DNA of 64,000 bases from Octopus vulgaris (Eukaryota), in the NCBI GenBank assembly GCA_951406725.2, contig OX597829.1, positions 2,108,001-2,172,000 of the forward strand, written 5' to 3'. Position numbers and translations under genes: made by a program. Below the pieces are notes generated by a model, which saw only the letters and a list, made by a program, of their open reading frames with translations, was not told the origin of the DNA and did not search any database. This document shows, one piece after another, positions 1-12,983 of this stretch. Each line of letters starts with the position of its first letter. The first letter of the stretch is position 1.

Positions 1-32
<32 letters not shown>

Positions 33-269
33 ATGATATTATTATACATAAATGCTAGGAGGGACTCTTAAAGTCAAAACTACTAAAATTAATAAACACA
101 TAATACCGAATGCGAGAGAATGCAACTCTCGAAGAGAGCCTCTTAAAAACAGAATTCAGCTGCGTATGACATGATTTCATAATTAGTGCACAAATGCACT
201 AACTGATGGTTTTTCACGCTAACTACATGATAAATTCTTATAAAGATCTTATCCTATTGTAAAATTATA

Positions 270-330
<61 letters not shown>

Positions 331-392
331 AAATGTGACCGTGTGTGTACCGTTGGAGATTTTTAGTCTACTCTTCCTTGGATATTTCCTAT

Positions 393-428
393 GTTTCTGA
401 CGAAGAGTTCCGCTCGAAACGTTAAATC
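393..428 (+). ncRNA. Minimal hammerhead ribozyme
   Basis: TTT-CUGACGA-A-GAG-loop-CUC-GAAA-CG-UU-AAA. Stems are short. Confidence 0.55.
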
Positions 429-448
429 CTCCTTCTTTAGCACGGATT

Positions 449-498
449 TTTGTCAGTGAACAGGTCGCGGATTTTAGCGACGAAAATATTTTGACAAA
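449..498 (+). ncRNA. Hammerhead ribozyme with G3-C8 variant core
   Basis: Stem I TTTGTCA/TGACAAA; core GUGAACA; stem II GTCGC/GCGAC; GAAA; palindromic stem III AAUAUU. Confidence 0.7.
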
Positions 499-636
499 TT
501 AAACTTAAATGTTGAAGTGAATCGAACGGCTTTTGTGTGTTTCTTAAATGGCTTATAAACACCTTCCACGCTGCAATTGTTTTCGTTTCAGCACACGATC
601 TCAGATCAAATCACTTGCTATGCGAGTACATCTCCG

Positions 637-677
<41 letters not shown>

Positions 678-821
678 TAAAACGGTAAGATAACAAAAGA
701 AAGAAAGAGACCTCAATATTATGTAAATAGAGGAAATTTATCTATACAATAATATGTTACATTACTCGATAGTCAAGATAAAACTCAGAGTTTTATCTTG
801 ACTATCGAGTAATGTAACATA

Positions 822-880
<59 letters not shown>

Positions 881-904
881 TAGTAGTTGAGGTAGTAGTT
901 GTGC

Positions 905-982
905 GCGGCTGAAGAAGGCCATAGACACACATTATGCATTGTTATAAATCCGTCTAATAAAGGCCCGAAACATATGTACCGC
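905..982 (+). ncRNA. Type I hammerhead ribozyme (Penelope-type)
   Basis: Stem I GCGG/CCGC; core CUGAAGA; stem II GGCC/GGCC extended by TAGAC/GTCTA; GAAA; palindromic stem III ACAUAUGU; cleavage triplet GUA. Confidence 0.8.
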
Positions 983-1083
983 TGAGCCCTTGGCATCATG
1001 TTTTTATTTTGATTAATTTACTCCACCACCTACACCACCAAACGGTATATACAGTGCTTACAATTATCAAGTACTCACCCTGA

Positions 1084-1121
<38 letters not shown>

Positions 1122-1444
1122 GTCAGTTGTGGGGGCATGCCAAATCATAGTTCCAACGTCTCATCTGCGTGTAGTAAAAGGCAACAAAAAAGAGATTGGG
1201 GTAGGATCTGCAGTCCAGTCTTTTGAAACCCTCACCAAAATCAACCTCTTGTACAAACCTTGTACAATCCTGACCTTTGGGAAATACTTCAACTGCCTGA
1301 AAAGCATACTGTGTGAAGCCTGTGGAACAAACCTGCCAGTACTGCCATTCGCCGAATGGGAAAATCCCTGGGGAACCAGATTGGTTGAAAGGTTGTTACT
1401 TGAGTAAAGGAAAGGTGACATGTGCCTGAAGTGTGCGTGCGTGC

Positions 1445-1555
<111 letters not shown>

Positions 1556-2043
1556 AAACTTGATTACCAAACACATAGCACCGGGTTCAGTCCCACTGCA
1601 TGGCACCTTAGCCTCGGGCCGACAAAGGCATTGTGAATGTATTTGGTAGACGGAAACTGAAAGAAGCCTGTCGCATATGTGTGTGCGTGTGTGTGTGTGT
1701 GTGTGTGTTTCTTTGTATCTGTGTTTGTCATTCACCACTGCTTGACAACCGGTATTGGGGGTATGTTTACGTTCCAGTAACTGAGCGGTTCAGCAGAAGT
1801 TACTGACAGAATAAGTATCCGGCTTGAAATAAGTACTGGGGTCTATTCATTCGACTAAAAGTTCTTCAAGGCCGTGCCCCAGTATGGCCTCATGACCGCA
1901 AATTTACATATATATATCACCGTGATCACCGTGACTGACAAGGCTATCAGATGTTGCTACACATCGCTGGTCACAATGTACTTTGCATTGCTTTAGCCTT
2001 CAAGTGACGCCGTGACGCCACCCCACTGGCTAAGCGAGCTGGC

Positions 2044-2098
<55 letters not shown>

Positions 2099-2439
2099 CA
2101 TAAAAATATCGTGTACATTAGAACACATTTAGAGGCTTCCAAATAGGAAAGTTCTTCTGCTAGAAAGAGCAGTAGAAAACTCAAACCACCAATTATGGAT
2201 AAATTCTCGAAAGGATTGAAAATTAAAAACGTTTACCATCTAATTTAGTTCCTAGGTTTGAGTTTTCTACTGCTCTTTCTAGCACAAGGCTTTCCTATTT
2301 GGAAGCCTCTTAATGTGTTTTAATGTACACGATATTTTTATATGAATAATATACAGTCTATTGACTAATTTTTTGTGTGCTAGGCTACTGGTAATAATAA
2401 TTTCTATAATTCTTATTACCCTAATATTATTTATATATA

Positions 2440-2824
2440 TCTCTCTCTATATAAACGGCAGTTTGTCTGTGTGTGTTTCTGTGTGTCTGTTTGCTTGTAC
2501 CCTCACTCTGACCACGGCTTTCAACCGATTCTGATGGAACTTGACACACACATAGCCCAATGTCATAATTCAAAACTAACGCAGCGAAAATTTTGAAAAG
2601 TTCCCCCAGTTCTGAAAAAGATCGATAAATTCGACATGGGGTCGACAATCAGAAACACAAACCACAGATGGTCTAGGGGACGCAGCTCGACCTTTTTAAC
2701 TATCAAAAAAAAATTTACCATAATTTTTTTCCCCATTTTTTGCTATTTTTTGGCTATAACTCTCTAAAAATGCTTTATAGTTATTTCCCTTACAAACCCG
2801 AGCAACGCCGGGCGATACTGCTAG
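2440..2824 (+). mobile_element. Non-autonomous Helitron
   Basis: 5' TC start, subterminal hairpin CCCGAGCAACGCCGGG, 3' CTAG followed by T. Confidence 0.75.
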
Positions 2825-2826
2825 TA

Positions 2827-3227
2827 TCTTTATATATAAAAGTGAAGTTGTGTGTCTGTCTCCTACGATTTAGATTCCTAACTACTCCCACATTTTGCGG
2901 TGCAGTTTAACCAAAACCGGGTATCTTATAGACGTGATTCATATCGAGCCCTTCTGGGTATTAGCGCGCGTCTACGATGAGTCTACGATTTTTAAAAATA
3001 ATTACCATCATTTTCTTTTCATTTTTAATGCATTTTTTCGCTATTATATAAGGGAAGTTACTCTCTAAAAATGTCTACGAAGAGTCAACGATTTTTAAAA
3101 AAATTTACCATCATTTTTTTTTTCATTTTTAATGCATTTTTTGGCTATTTTGGGGCTATAACTCTCTAAAAATGCTTATATAGTTATTTCCCTTACAAAC
3201 CCGAGCAACGCCGGGCGATACTGCTAG
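2827..3227 (+). mobile_element. Non-autonomous Helitron, head-to-tail with the previous one
   Basis: 5' TC start and an identical 3' hairpin + CTAG|T terminus, but a different 5' half. Confidence 0.75.
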
Positions 3228-3413
3228 TATATACATATATCATGAAGATGATGCGGCGATATGTGTGCGACCAACCTCTTCCTAAGGAAACTAATCAAGA
3301 TTTTCATGAGTAATAATTTCAAAAACAACATCAAGATGGAGAAAGTGAATACTGAATCGGATATCTTTACTTCATTCATCTTACATTCCTTAACTAATAT
3401 GTATCGACTGGCT

Positions 3414-3869
3414 TAACACCGGGCGAAATGCGTAGCCCTATTTCGCCTGCCGCTACGTTCTGAGTTCAAATTCCGCCGAGGTCGACTTTGCCTTTCATCC
3501 ATTCGGGGTCGATAAATTAAGTACCTATTTCTTTACTACCCACAAGGAGCTAAACACAAAGAGGACAAACAAAGACAGACAAACGGATTAAGTCGATTAC
3601 ATCGACCCCAGTGCGTAACTGGTACTTAATTTATCGACCCCGAAAGGATGAAAAGCAAAGTCGACCTCGGCGGAATTTGAACTCAGAACGTAACGGCAGA
3701 CGAAATACTGCTAAGCATTTCGCCCGGCGTGCTAACGTTTCTGCCAGCTCGCCGCCTTAGATAAATTAAGTACCAGTTACGCACTGGGGTCGATGTAATC
3801 GACTTAATCCGTTTGTCTGTCCTTGTTTGTCCCCTCTGTGTTTAGCCCCTTGTGGGTAGTAAAGAAATA
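3414..3869 (+). mobile_element. SINE family 1 copy with a full antisense copy of the same family nested inside (3525-3757)
   Basis: Inner TSD GATAAATTAAGTAC(C) at 3511 and 3760. Outer TSD AATATGTATCGACTGGCT at 3396 and 3866. Confidence 0.88.
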
Positions 3870-4539
3870 TGTATCGACTGGCTACATAATAAACACTAAT
3901 ATGGATGAATGGATGGATGGATGGATGGATGGATGGATGGATGGATGGAAGGAAGTATATCTGTATATGTGTGTGTGTATGGGGTGGAGAGACCCTTCTA
4001 TTGTTATCACAACATCTCTCTAGACGAGGAAAACTCTGAGAGATAATCTGCGACATTGACAATATTCGATGACGTAGACTAGTTCTTATTGAGTTTACGT
4101 TGCCCATGTTCAGAGAGTGGGATTGGATTTGAGCAAATCCTTTTGCCCCACTATAAAAAAAAATCATCATGTATAGGCATCGCTTGAAAAAAAAAAATGT
4201 AAGACATATCACAAAAAATTGCTGGACGTAGCCTTCGCATGTGTGGCACTTTCGATCAACCGATAGAAATACTTGTACACGAGTAAGTGTAAGTGTCGAT
4301 ATGATTGTGTGTATATGTATATATGTATAAGGTTATATGTGCATATATGTATCTAAGACGTTGTATCCATTCACCGTTAGACGTTGGTGAGAGGGACAAA
4401 CGCACACACACACACACATATATGTGTGTGTAATGTGTGTCGATATAAATGTATATGTGTGTATATATACAACCTTCAACAAGGTAACAGTCATGTATAC
4501 AACTTGAACTGACAGTACATGTCATTATATAAACATGCG

Positions 4540-5495
4540 TTCACATGTACATACACATGTACACACACACAAACACGTCTACACACTCTCCTAAATACAT
4601 ACATATATGCGTATAGGCATACACACATGCATGCGCACATACATGTACACACATACATACATACGCACATGCATGCATACATACATACATACATACATAC
4701 ACACACATACATACATACATACATACATACATACACACACACATACATACACACACATATACATACGTACATACATACATACATATATACACACACATAC
4801 ATACATACATACATGCATACATACATACATGCATACATACATGCATACATACATACATACATACATACATACATACATACATACATGCATACATACATAC
4901 ATACACACACACATACATACATACATACATACATGCATACATACATGCATACATACATACATACACACACACATACATACATACATACATACATACATAC
5001 ATACATACATACATACATACATGCATACATACATGCATACATACATACATACACACACACACATACATACATACATACATACATACATTCTGTTGAAGAG
5101 CGTAGGCTCGAAACGTTAAAGACTTGTTTTATTTATATTTCCTGAGCGCCATACTAATACAATTGTTCGTTTGTTTTCCACCTGCCTTCGTCTTTTGTCT
5201 ATTTTCATAAAGCTTCCCGTTACATACATACATACATACATACATGCATAATACATACATACATACATACATACATACGCACATACATACATACATACAT
5301 ACATACATACATACATACATACATACATACATACATACATACATACATACATACATACATACATACATACATACATACATACATACACACACACATACAT
5401 ACATACATACATACATACATACATACATACATACATACATACATACATACATACTTACATACACACACACACACATACATACGTACATATATATA
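4540..5495. repeat. (CATA)n/(CA)n microsatellite field
   Basis: Seen directly. Source of the MYVC/HTYI pseudo-ORFs. Confidence 0.95.
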
Positions 5496-5655
5496 TCATG
5501 AACTAACTGTTACTTTCTCAGATGCAGCACGAAGTTTTGTCGCGGTCTGAAAGCGACGAAAATATTTTGACAAATTAAATTTAAATGTTGAAGTGAATCT
5601 AACGGTTTCTGTGTGTTTCTTAAATGGCTTATAAACACCTTCCACGTTGCAATTG

Positions 5656-5779
<124 letters not shown>

Positions 5780-5975
5780 AAGATAGAACAGAAAGAACCC
5801 AACAAACGGAGACCATCAAAACACAAAATACGGGGAAATGGACGATAGCAGGACAAACGGCAAACGGAACAAAAAGCAAGACGCACGGATCATTCGCAGC
5901 CGATTTCCTCATCAGTCGGAGTCCGGAAATTCCTTGTAGTTTCGCCCCCTTTATATATACATGTGTATATATATG

Positions 5976-6008
<33 letters not shown>

Positions 6009-6764
6009 TTGTTTGTGTGTGTGTGCCCGGTTGTGTGTATGTATATATATATACATACATGCATACTCACATACATACATACATACATACATACATACAT
6101 ACATACTCGTTTCCCTCCCCTCCATTTTTCTTCTTTTTCTCCTTCCCCCTTTTTTCTTTTTTTTCTCTCTCTTCCTTTCTTTTTTTTTTTCTCAACCATC
6201 CGATACTCGTAGCTTTACGTCCCCCTCCCTTACTCATGTCTTAAACTTTGCATCGTAAATACGAACGATACTTCACCATCCATGTTTTTAATTTGCGTGC
6301 GAACTAGATTGCGTATACATATGTATACATGCATTTGTGTGCATATTTTAGCTTTATATTTATACGTCTGTATATGTATGGGGTTCGCACGCATCTATCT
6401 GTGTATGTTGATATATATGTACATTTTAATGCATTTTAACATTTTAATTTCAATTTCCATGTATTAATTATATTTCCTTCATTAAGGTCAATATGTATTT
6501 TATTCAATGTAAGGTTTTTCCTCGAATTTTATAATTTTTATAATTTTACATATATATATATATATATATATATATTGAGCTCATCTTTGTTTATCGCTCG
6601 AAAATTGACCGTTATTTCTAAAGTCCATTTTTAAAGGTGTAGCATTTGTAATAGTCTGGATAGAATTGACATATCGGTTCCATTCTAGCAAAAACTGTCC
6701 GATGAACGGCAACGGGAAACTCAGAGTAACAGGTTTTGTTGAATTTTCAGCTGCTTTAAATAAA

Positions 6765-6813
<49 letters not shown>

Positions 6814-6989
6814 TAATGATAATATGACAATAAAAGAATGAATGAGACCTCGATATTATGTATATAGAGAAATTTATCTATAAATATATGTGACAATTAG
6901 TTGGTTGTCCTAATAAAACTCGGAATATCTTTAACTATTTTCAGCCTAGGACTGAGGCCATGCTGGTGTACCACCTGTGGTTACTCGGT

Positions 6990-7960
6990 GTTATTTCCGA
7001 TATTGTTTTTGGTGAAGCAACGAGTGGGAAGGAACTGCTCTTCTTTGTGTCTCCTTCTACGATGTGGCTTCATCTGGTATCTAAGATAGAAACCTGTCCA
7101 GACGTTCCTTGGAAACGTCCACATCATCACCATGTAGGTCTCTAAGGTTGCCTGGAAGGATTTTGATCAATTGCGGGCCCTTGAAACCCAGACTATTGCA
7201 GTACTATGTCCTTATTTTAGATGGGGAAGACGGGGTCTTTGGTATGATGCAGTGCCGTCTAGTTCGAGGATTGGTATACCTCAAGGGGCTAAACACAGAG
7301 AGGACAAACAAGAACAGACAAACGGATTAAGTCGATTACATCGACCCCAGTGCGTAACTGGTACTTATTTAATCGACCCCGAAAGGATGAAAGAACATAA
7401 CGGCAGACGAAATACAGGTAAGCATTTCGGCCAGCGTGCTAACGTTTCCGCCAGCTCGCCGCCTTAGAGGATTGGTATACCTGCCAATTCCAAGATCTTC
7501 CAAATATATATCACCGCATATCTCCCTCGTCTTCTCTCCAAGGAATAGAGACTCAGCTCCTATATATAAAGGTAGGACAGAAAGAAGACAACAAACGGAA
7601 ACCAATAAAACACAACATGCGGGAAAAATAGACGATAGCCAATCTTTTGCATCGAGCTAATCTTCTTTGTATATTGGGGCTGGATTGCTTCGTGTTCCAC
7701 AGTTTGTTTCACACTCTCTGGGGACCATAATTGGGAGCAATCGCCCAAGCGGCTGAGAACGAAAGTCTTCCATAGGAGTAGCAGGGCCCCTCCCTTTTGC
7801 TGGTTCTTGAATGTCCTCAGAATCCGTCCAGCCACTCGCCTGTACAGTGTTGCCATCTTGGTAATATGCATATGGAATGTTGCATCTTTGCTCATGTAAA
7901 CCCCCAAATCACGCACCGACTCTGACTCGGGGATAATATTACCTTCCAGTGTATTCCGAT
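6990..7960 (-). mobile_element. Degenerate CR1-like LINE 3' portion, interrupted by a SINE (7283-7464) and a short insert (~7561-7645)
   Basis: Translated pieces VRDLGVYMSKDATFHMHI...CSQLWSP, LSLYSLERRRGRYAVIYIWKILE and YCNSLGFKGPQL..LDRFLS are collinear with the CR1-group RT C-terminus. Confidence 0.75.
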
Positions 7961-8250
7961 TTTAGCCTGGTGTTGGACCGATAGTGGAGTGCCTGAAATT
8001 TCGTGGGTAGTATAGAAATAGGTATTTCGTCTACTGTTACGTTCTGAGATCAAATTCTGCCGAGGTCGACTTTGCCTTTCATCCATTCGGGGTCGATAAA
8101 TTAAGTACCAGTTACGCAGTGGGGTCGATGCAATCGACTTAATCCCTTCGTCTGTCTTTGTTTGTCCGTTTCTATGTTTAGCCCCTTGTGGGCAATAATG
8201 AAACAGGAAACTCAAAGAAGCCCATCGTATGTACGTGTGTGTGTGTTTTT

Positions 8251-8294
<44 letters not shown>

Positions 8295-8670
8295 TTGTAT
8301 GTTTATCCCCCCACACAATCGCTTGATAACCGATGCCGGTGTGTTTATGTCCCCGTAACTTAGCGGGTCGGCAAAAGAAACCGATAGAATAAGTACTAGG
8401 CTTACACTGAATAAGTCCTGGGGTCGATTTGCTCGACAAAAAGGCGGTGCTTCAGCATGGCCACAGTCAAATGACTGAAACAAGTTAAAGAATTATAAAT
8501 CTACATGTGTGTCTGTGTGTGTTTGTGTGTGTGTACACGCATGCGTATGCACACCCATAAACTCTGACGCAAATAAAACTAACAAACTGACATCTTTAAA
8601 TGTACCTGTATGTATATGTCTACAAATGCATATATGTATGTTCGATGAGTGTCTGCATATATAATATTTC

Positions 8671-8732
<62 letters not shown>

Positions 8733-8971
8733 CATACATACATACATACATACATACATACATACGTACATACATACATATGCATGTATGTATAAATGAA
8801 TGCGTTTTTGTATGTCTGTATACATGTGTCTTATGTATATACATGCACAAACATATACATAAGTGTTATGTATTAATAATGAATGTTTACATAAAAGAGT
8901 GTTTCTCTGTATATATGTGTAAATGTATTTTTGAATATTTGTGTGTTTGTGTGTATATATATATGTGTGTA

Positions 8972-9011
<40 letters not shown>

Positions 9012-9197
9012 GCAATACACACACACACACACACACGTGTATGTGTGTATTTATTTGTATATGTATCTACGTATATATTTATAATAAACTCATGTTATTT
9101 CGAATGTTATTAGAAAATCTGATGAGGATTTCTCGGAAGAGATAAAAGCATGTCTTCTATACCCTGTCTCTCTCTCCGCCTCTTCTTTCTGCCTTTG

Positions 9198-9243
<46 letters not shown>

Positions 9244-9257
9244 TCTCTTTCTCCCTG

Positions 9258-9291
<34 letters not shown>

Positions 9292-9818
9292 ACCCTTCTC
9301 TCTGTCTATTTCTCTATTCCTTCTTTCTTTCTTTCTCTCTTTCTTTCTATATTAATTTTCCACCATAGCTACCAGCGACATAAAGAAAAAAATTTTTAAT
9401 ACAACAAAAAAGGAGAGAGAGTGAGAGAGAGAGAGAAATCCGACTGAAGGGTTATTGTCAGCGAAAAGCGACCGACCGGGCGATAAATTAACTGTAGACT
9501 ATAGGACGTAGTTGGCAGCTAGACATATCTCACACGTGATAGGAGCTATTTGATTTAATAAACCCACAGGCATCTGCTGATTGCGGGTAATGTGCATGTG
9601 TGCATGGACGCGTGGAGGTCACTTTTGACAACGACCACGACGACGACAACGTCACCCTCCCGCATCCAGTTGAAGCCCCGTTGACCGGAGTGTCATACCT
9701 GCACATTTAATCACAAACAATCAGCGACGACCCCTTTGGTAGGAGTAAGTGCAGCTTCAATACATACACTCCATAATTCCCGACCTAAATGTTTTCTAGC
9801 ATAATAATGATAATAATG

Positions 9819-9902
<84 letters not shown>

Positions 9903-10089
9903 GATCCAGTCATTCGGGTCTTCTTCCTGATTGATGCCTGAAGCATAACCCTAGGTTGTCGTCACCAGCGTCCTTCCCATCACTAAACCTTCATAGTATC
10001 TCTTATGATATGACCGCTCCATCGAGCCGTCACCCGAAATGTTAGACATCCATCATCTTGTTTTTGTTCAATTCTACCAAAAAACAGAA

Positions 10090-10093
10090 TGAG

Positions 10094-10128
<35 letters not shown>

Positions 10129-10294
10129 GGTTTTTACGGGGTTTTTGAGGGGCATTTTTTGGGGTTTTTTTTTTTCTTTTACAAAGACATCTCTAATGAA
10201 AAATAATAAACCACTTCTTTGGAATGCGGGCAATCATATGCTGTTGTTGTTGTTGTTGTTGATGTCATTGTTGTTGTTGTTGTTGTTGTTGCTA

Positions 10295-10327
<33 letters not shown>

Positions 10328-10640
10328 TTGTTGCTGCTGCTGTTGTTGTTGTTGTTGTTGTTGTTGTTCTTCTTCTTCTTCTTCTTCTTCTTCTTCTTCT
10401 TCTTCTTCTTCTTCTTCTTCTTCTTCATGTTGTTGTTACTGCCGTAGATATTATTATCGATGTTGTTTTTGTTATTGTTGTTGTGGTCGTTGTAATTAGG
10501 CTGGTTGGTGTTGTCGCTGTCTTCGTCGGTGTTGTTGTTGTTGCCTTCGTTGTTGTTGCTTTCATTGTTATTGCTGTTGTTATTGTAATCCCTGATACGG
10601 CCGACATTGTTGTTGTTGTTGCTGCTCTCGTTGCCGTCGA
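10090..10640. repeat. Compound (GTT)n/(GCT)n/(CTT)n microsatellite
   Basis: Seen directly. Confidence 0.95.
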
Positions 10641-11365
10641 CTGAAGGCGGGAAAACCTTGTGATTAACACAATCCCAGCCATGAACTTTGCTCTTCTTGT
10701 TTTCTGTTTTGTTCTGTCGTAGTGTATCCAGGACTACAACATCGCGTGTGCCCCCTGTTGTTGACCAACAGCCGATCAGTCTTGAACCAGCAGACCTTAC
10801 GATCAAAGACATTCCATCTGTGATCATCCCATCTTTTATTCAGACATTGTGTACCTAGGACTATATTATCTAATGTACAGTAGTTAGTATTAGTGGCTGC
10901 TGTTCTTGTTTAGCCCCAAGTCAGTCCTAATCCAGACAGACCTATGATCAAAGATGTTCCAGCCGTGACCATCCCATCTTAGATAATGTAATCACTTAGC
11001 GGTTCGGCAAAAGTGACCGATAGAATAAGTACTGGGCTTACAAAAGAATAAGTCCCGGGGTCGAGTTACTCGATTAAAGGCGATGCTCCAGCATGGCCGC
11101 AGTCAAATGACTGAAACAAGTAAAAGAGTAAAAGAGAGTAAAGACAGTAATCGACAAATGAATTACCATTCAGTTTTACGTGTTTCGTTGTTTAAAAAGC
11201 AGTCGATTCTATTGTGTCGAGGCAGAACAAAGAGCAAAAGAGTAGCTAAGAACTAAGAAAGACTGCAAAGTAAAGTGGCCGGTCATGGCTGTTGTAGAGT
11301 GGGAAACAATAAGAGGAGGAAACAGATGAATTTTAATTAAGCCTCTTAACCTTTAAACGATTGGC

Positions 11366-11809
11366 GGATTTTTTCGGTTTGAACGGCAGTTTTTTCTAGC
11401 GGTGTCATATGAAATTGTCACACGTAATTATGACCCTAGTATCGATCTATTGCATTTCAATCTCTTTTAGGGTTAGGGTTAGTTAGAGTTAGGGTTAGGG
11501 TTAGGGGTGGGGGGAAGGATATCTTTTTTTCTTCACAAATGTAAATAAACCCAATCTGTTTCTTAAACGAGGGACATATTCATACGGCCCAGAATGTTTT
11601 TTTACCTCAATAGGCGTCAATGATTGGTTGAAATTGCAGAAATTGAAGAAAAAAAAAACAACAAATATCTTACAAACTATAGAATTTTCTCAATAAAGCC
11701 AAGAGAAAAAGATGTTTTATAAACACATTCTACCAGTATACGAAGTTTTAAATTTTTTAGTTACCTAGAAATTATGCTAAAAAAACTGCCGTTCAAACCG
11801 AAAAGATCC
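11366..11809. mobile_element. Merlin-like MITE family A carrying TTAGGG repeats
   Basis: TIR GGAT(T)TTTTCGGTTTGAACGGCAGTTTT. TSD CGATTGGC/CGACTGGC. TTAGGG tract ~11467-11506. Confidence 0.85.
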
Positions 11810-12099
11810 CGACTGGCATATAAGTCTCTGATTGGTCAAGGCAATACACGTGACAATCAGTCGCAAAATATTTTTAGATTCTAAGTTCAAAAATTTATGA
11901 ATGCTTTATTTTTTATCTCCTATTCTAAAATCTGTGACAGGATTTCTTTATCCTCAGAGGAACAGTTCTGTATCAGACGTCATCAAGACCGAAACGGCAG
12001 ACATCATAGGCAACAGTGCCAGACGACAGAATGGGTAAAATCTAATATTTCCTTGTATTTATCGCCACGGTCCAGCTGAATGGCAATATTTTAAGTCTC

Positions 12100-12518
12100 G
12101 GATCTTTTCGGTTTGAACGGCAGTTTTTTTTTATAATTTCCACGTAACTAAGCACTTTTAAACTTCGTATTCTGGTAGAATGTATTTATAAAACATCTTT
12201 TTCTCTTGGCTTTATTGAGAAAATTCTATAGTTTGTAAGATATTTGTTGTTTTTCTTCAATTTCTGCAATTTCAACCAATCACTGACGTCTATTGAGGTG
12301 AAAACATTCTGTACCGTATGAATATGTCCCACGTTTAAGAAACAGATTGGGTTTATTTACATTTCTGAAGAAAAAAGATACCCTTCCTCCCACCCCTAAC
12401 CCTAACCCTAACCCTAAAACAGATTGAAATGCAATAGATCGATACTAGGATCACAATTATGGGTGACTATTTCACATGACACCGCTAGAAAAAACTGCCG
12501 TTCAAACCGAAAAGATCC
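12100..12518. mobile_element. Merlin-like MITE family A (opposite orientation)
   Basis: TIR GGATCTTTTCGGTTTGAACGGCAGTTTT. Perfect 8-bp TSD TAAGTCTC. (CCCTAA)4 inside. Confidence 0.88.
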
Positions 12519-12765
12519 TAAGTCTCCTATTACTGAAAATTTTTGGCATCTAGATAACACTGAATAGTTTTTGACACGCTCGAACTAACTCTAGTGGAAA
12601 GGCTACACATTTTCAACTCAGTTTAGGTGATGAATTTATTCAAAAGAATACAGTGAACTTGGCGCAGGGAGTGGAATATCAAGAGTTTTGGACATTATAT
12701 GTGGCCATGCTGGGGCACTACATTGAACAGTTTTGGTTGAACAAATCGACCCCAGTCCAAATTTT

Positions 12766-12983
12766 GGCGAACCTTCGGTATACGTACCGGTGTAAGTACC
12801 GGAAGTACCGGATACATTTCAAAAAAGTGTTTTTTTTTATATATGGGGGTTAGGGTTAGGGTTAGGGTTTGTGTTAGGGTTAGGGTTTGTGTTAGGGTTA
12901 GGGTTAGGGGTGGGAGAAAAGGGTTTCTGTTATCTTCAGAAATGTAAACAAAGTCACGTGTGTACATATACCGAAGCATCGCC
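12766..12983. mobile_element. Merlin-like MITE family B carrying TTAGGG repeats, nested in a SINE
   Basis: TIR GGCGAACCTTCGGTATA / TATACCGAAGCATCGCC. Perfect TSD CAAATTTT at 12758-12765 and 12984-12991. Confidence 0.82.

Noticed and set aside
1129-1407. 92-aa ORF
   Set aside because: Non-ATG start, no recognisable domain, and bounded by microsatellites.
5880-5950. Minus-strand CTGATGA and GAAA as a hammerhead
   Set aside because: Could not build convincing stems I and III in any topology.
10058-10827. Poly-L/V/N/K ORFs resembling membrane or low-complexity proteins
   Set aside because: Compound trinucleotide repeats with no domain content or splice support.
11467-11506. TTAGGG tracts as a chromosome end or fusion scar
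   Set aside because: Tracts are short and always inside TIR/TSD-bounded elements.
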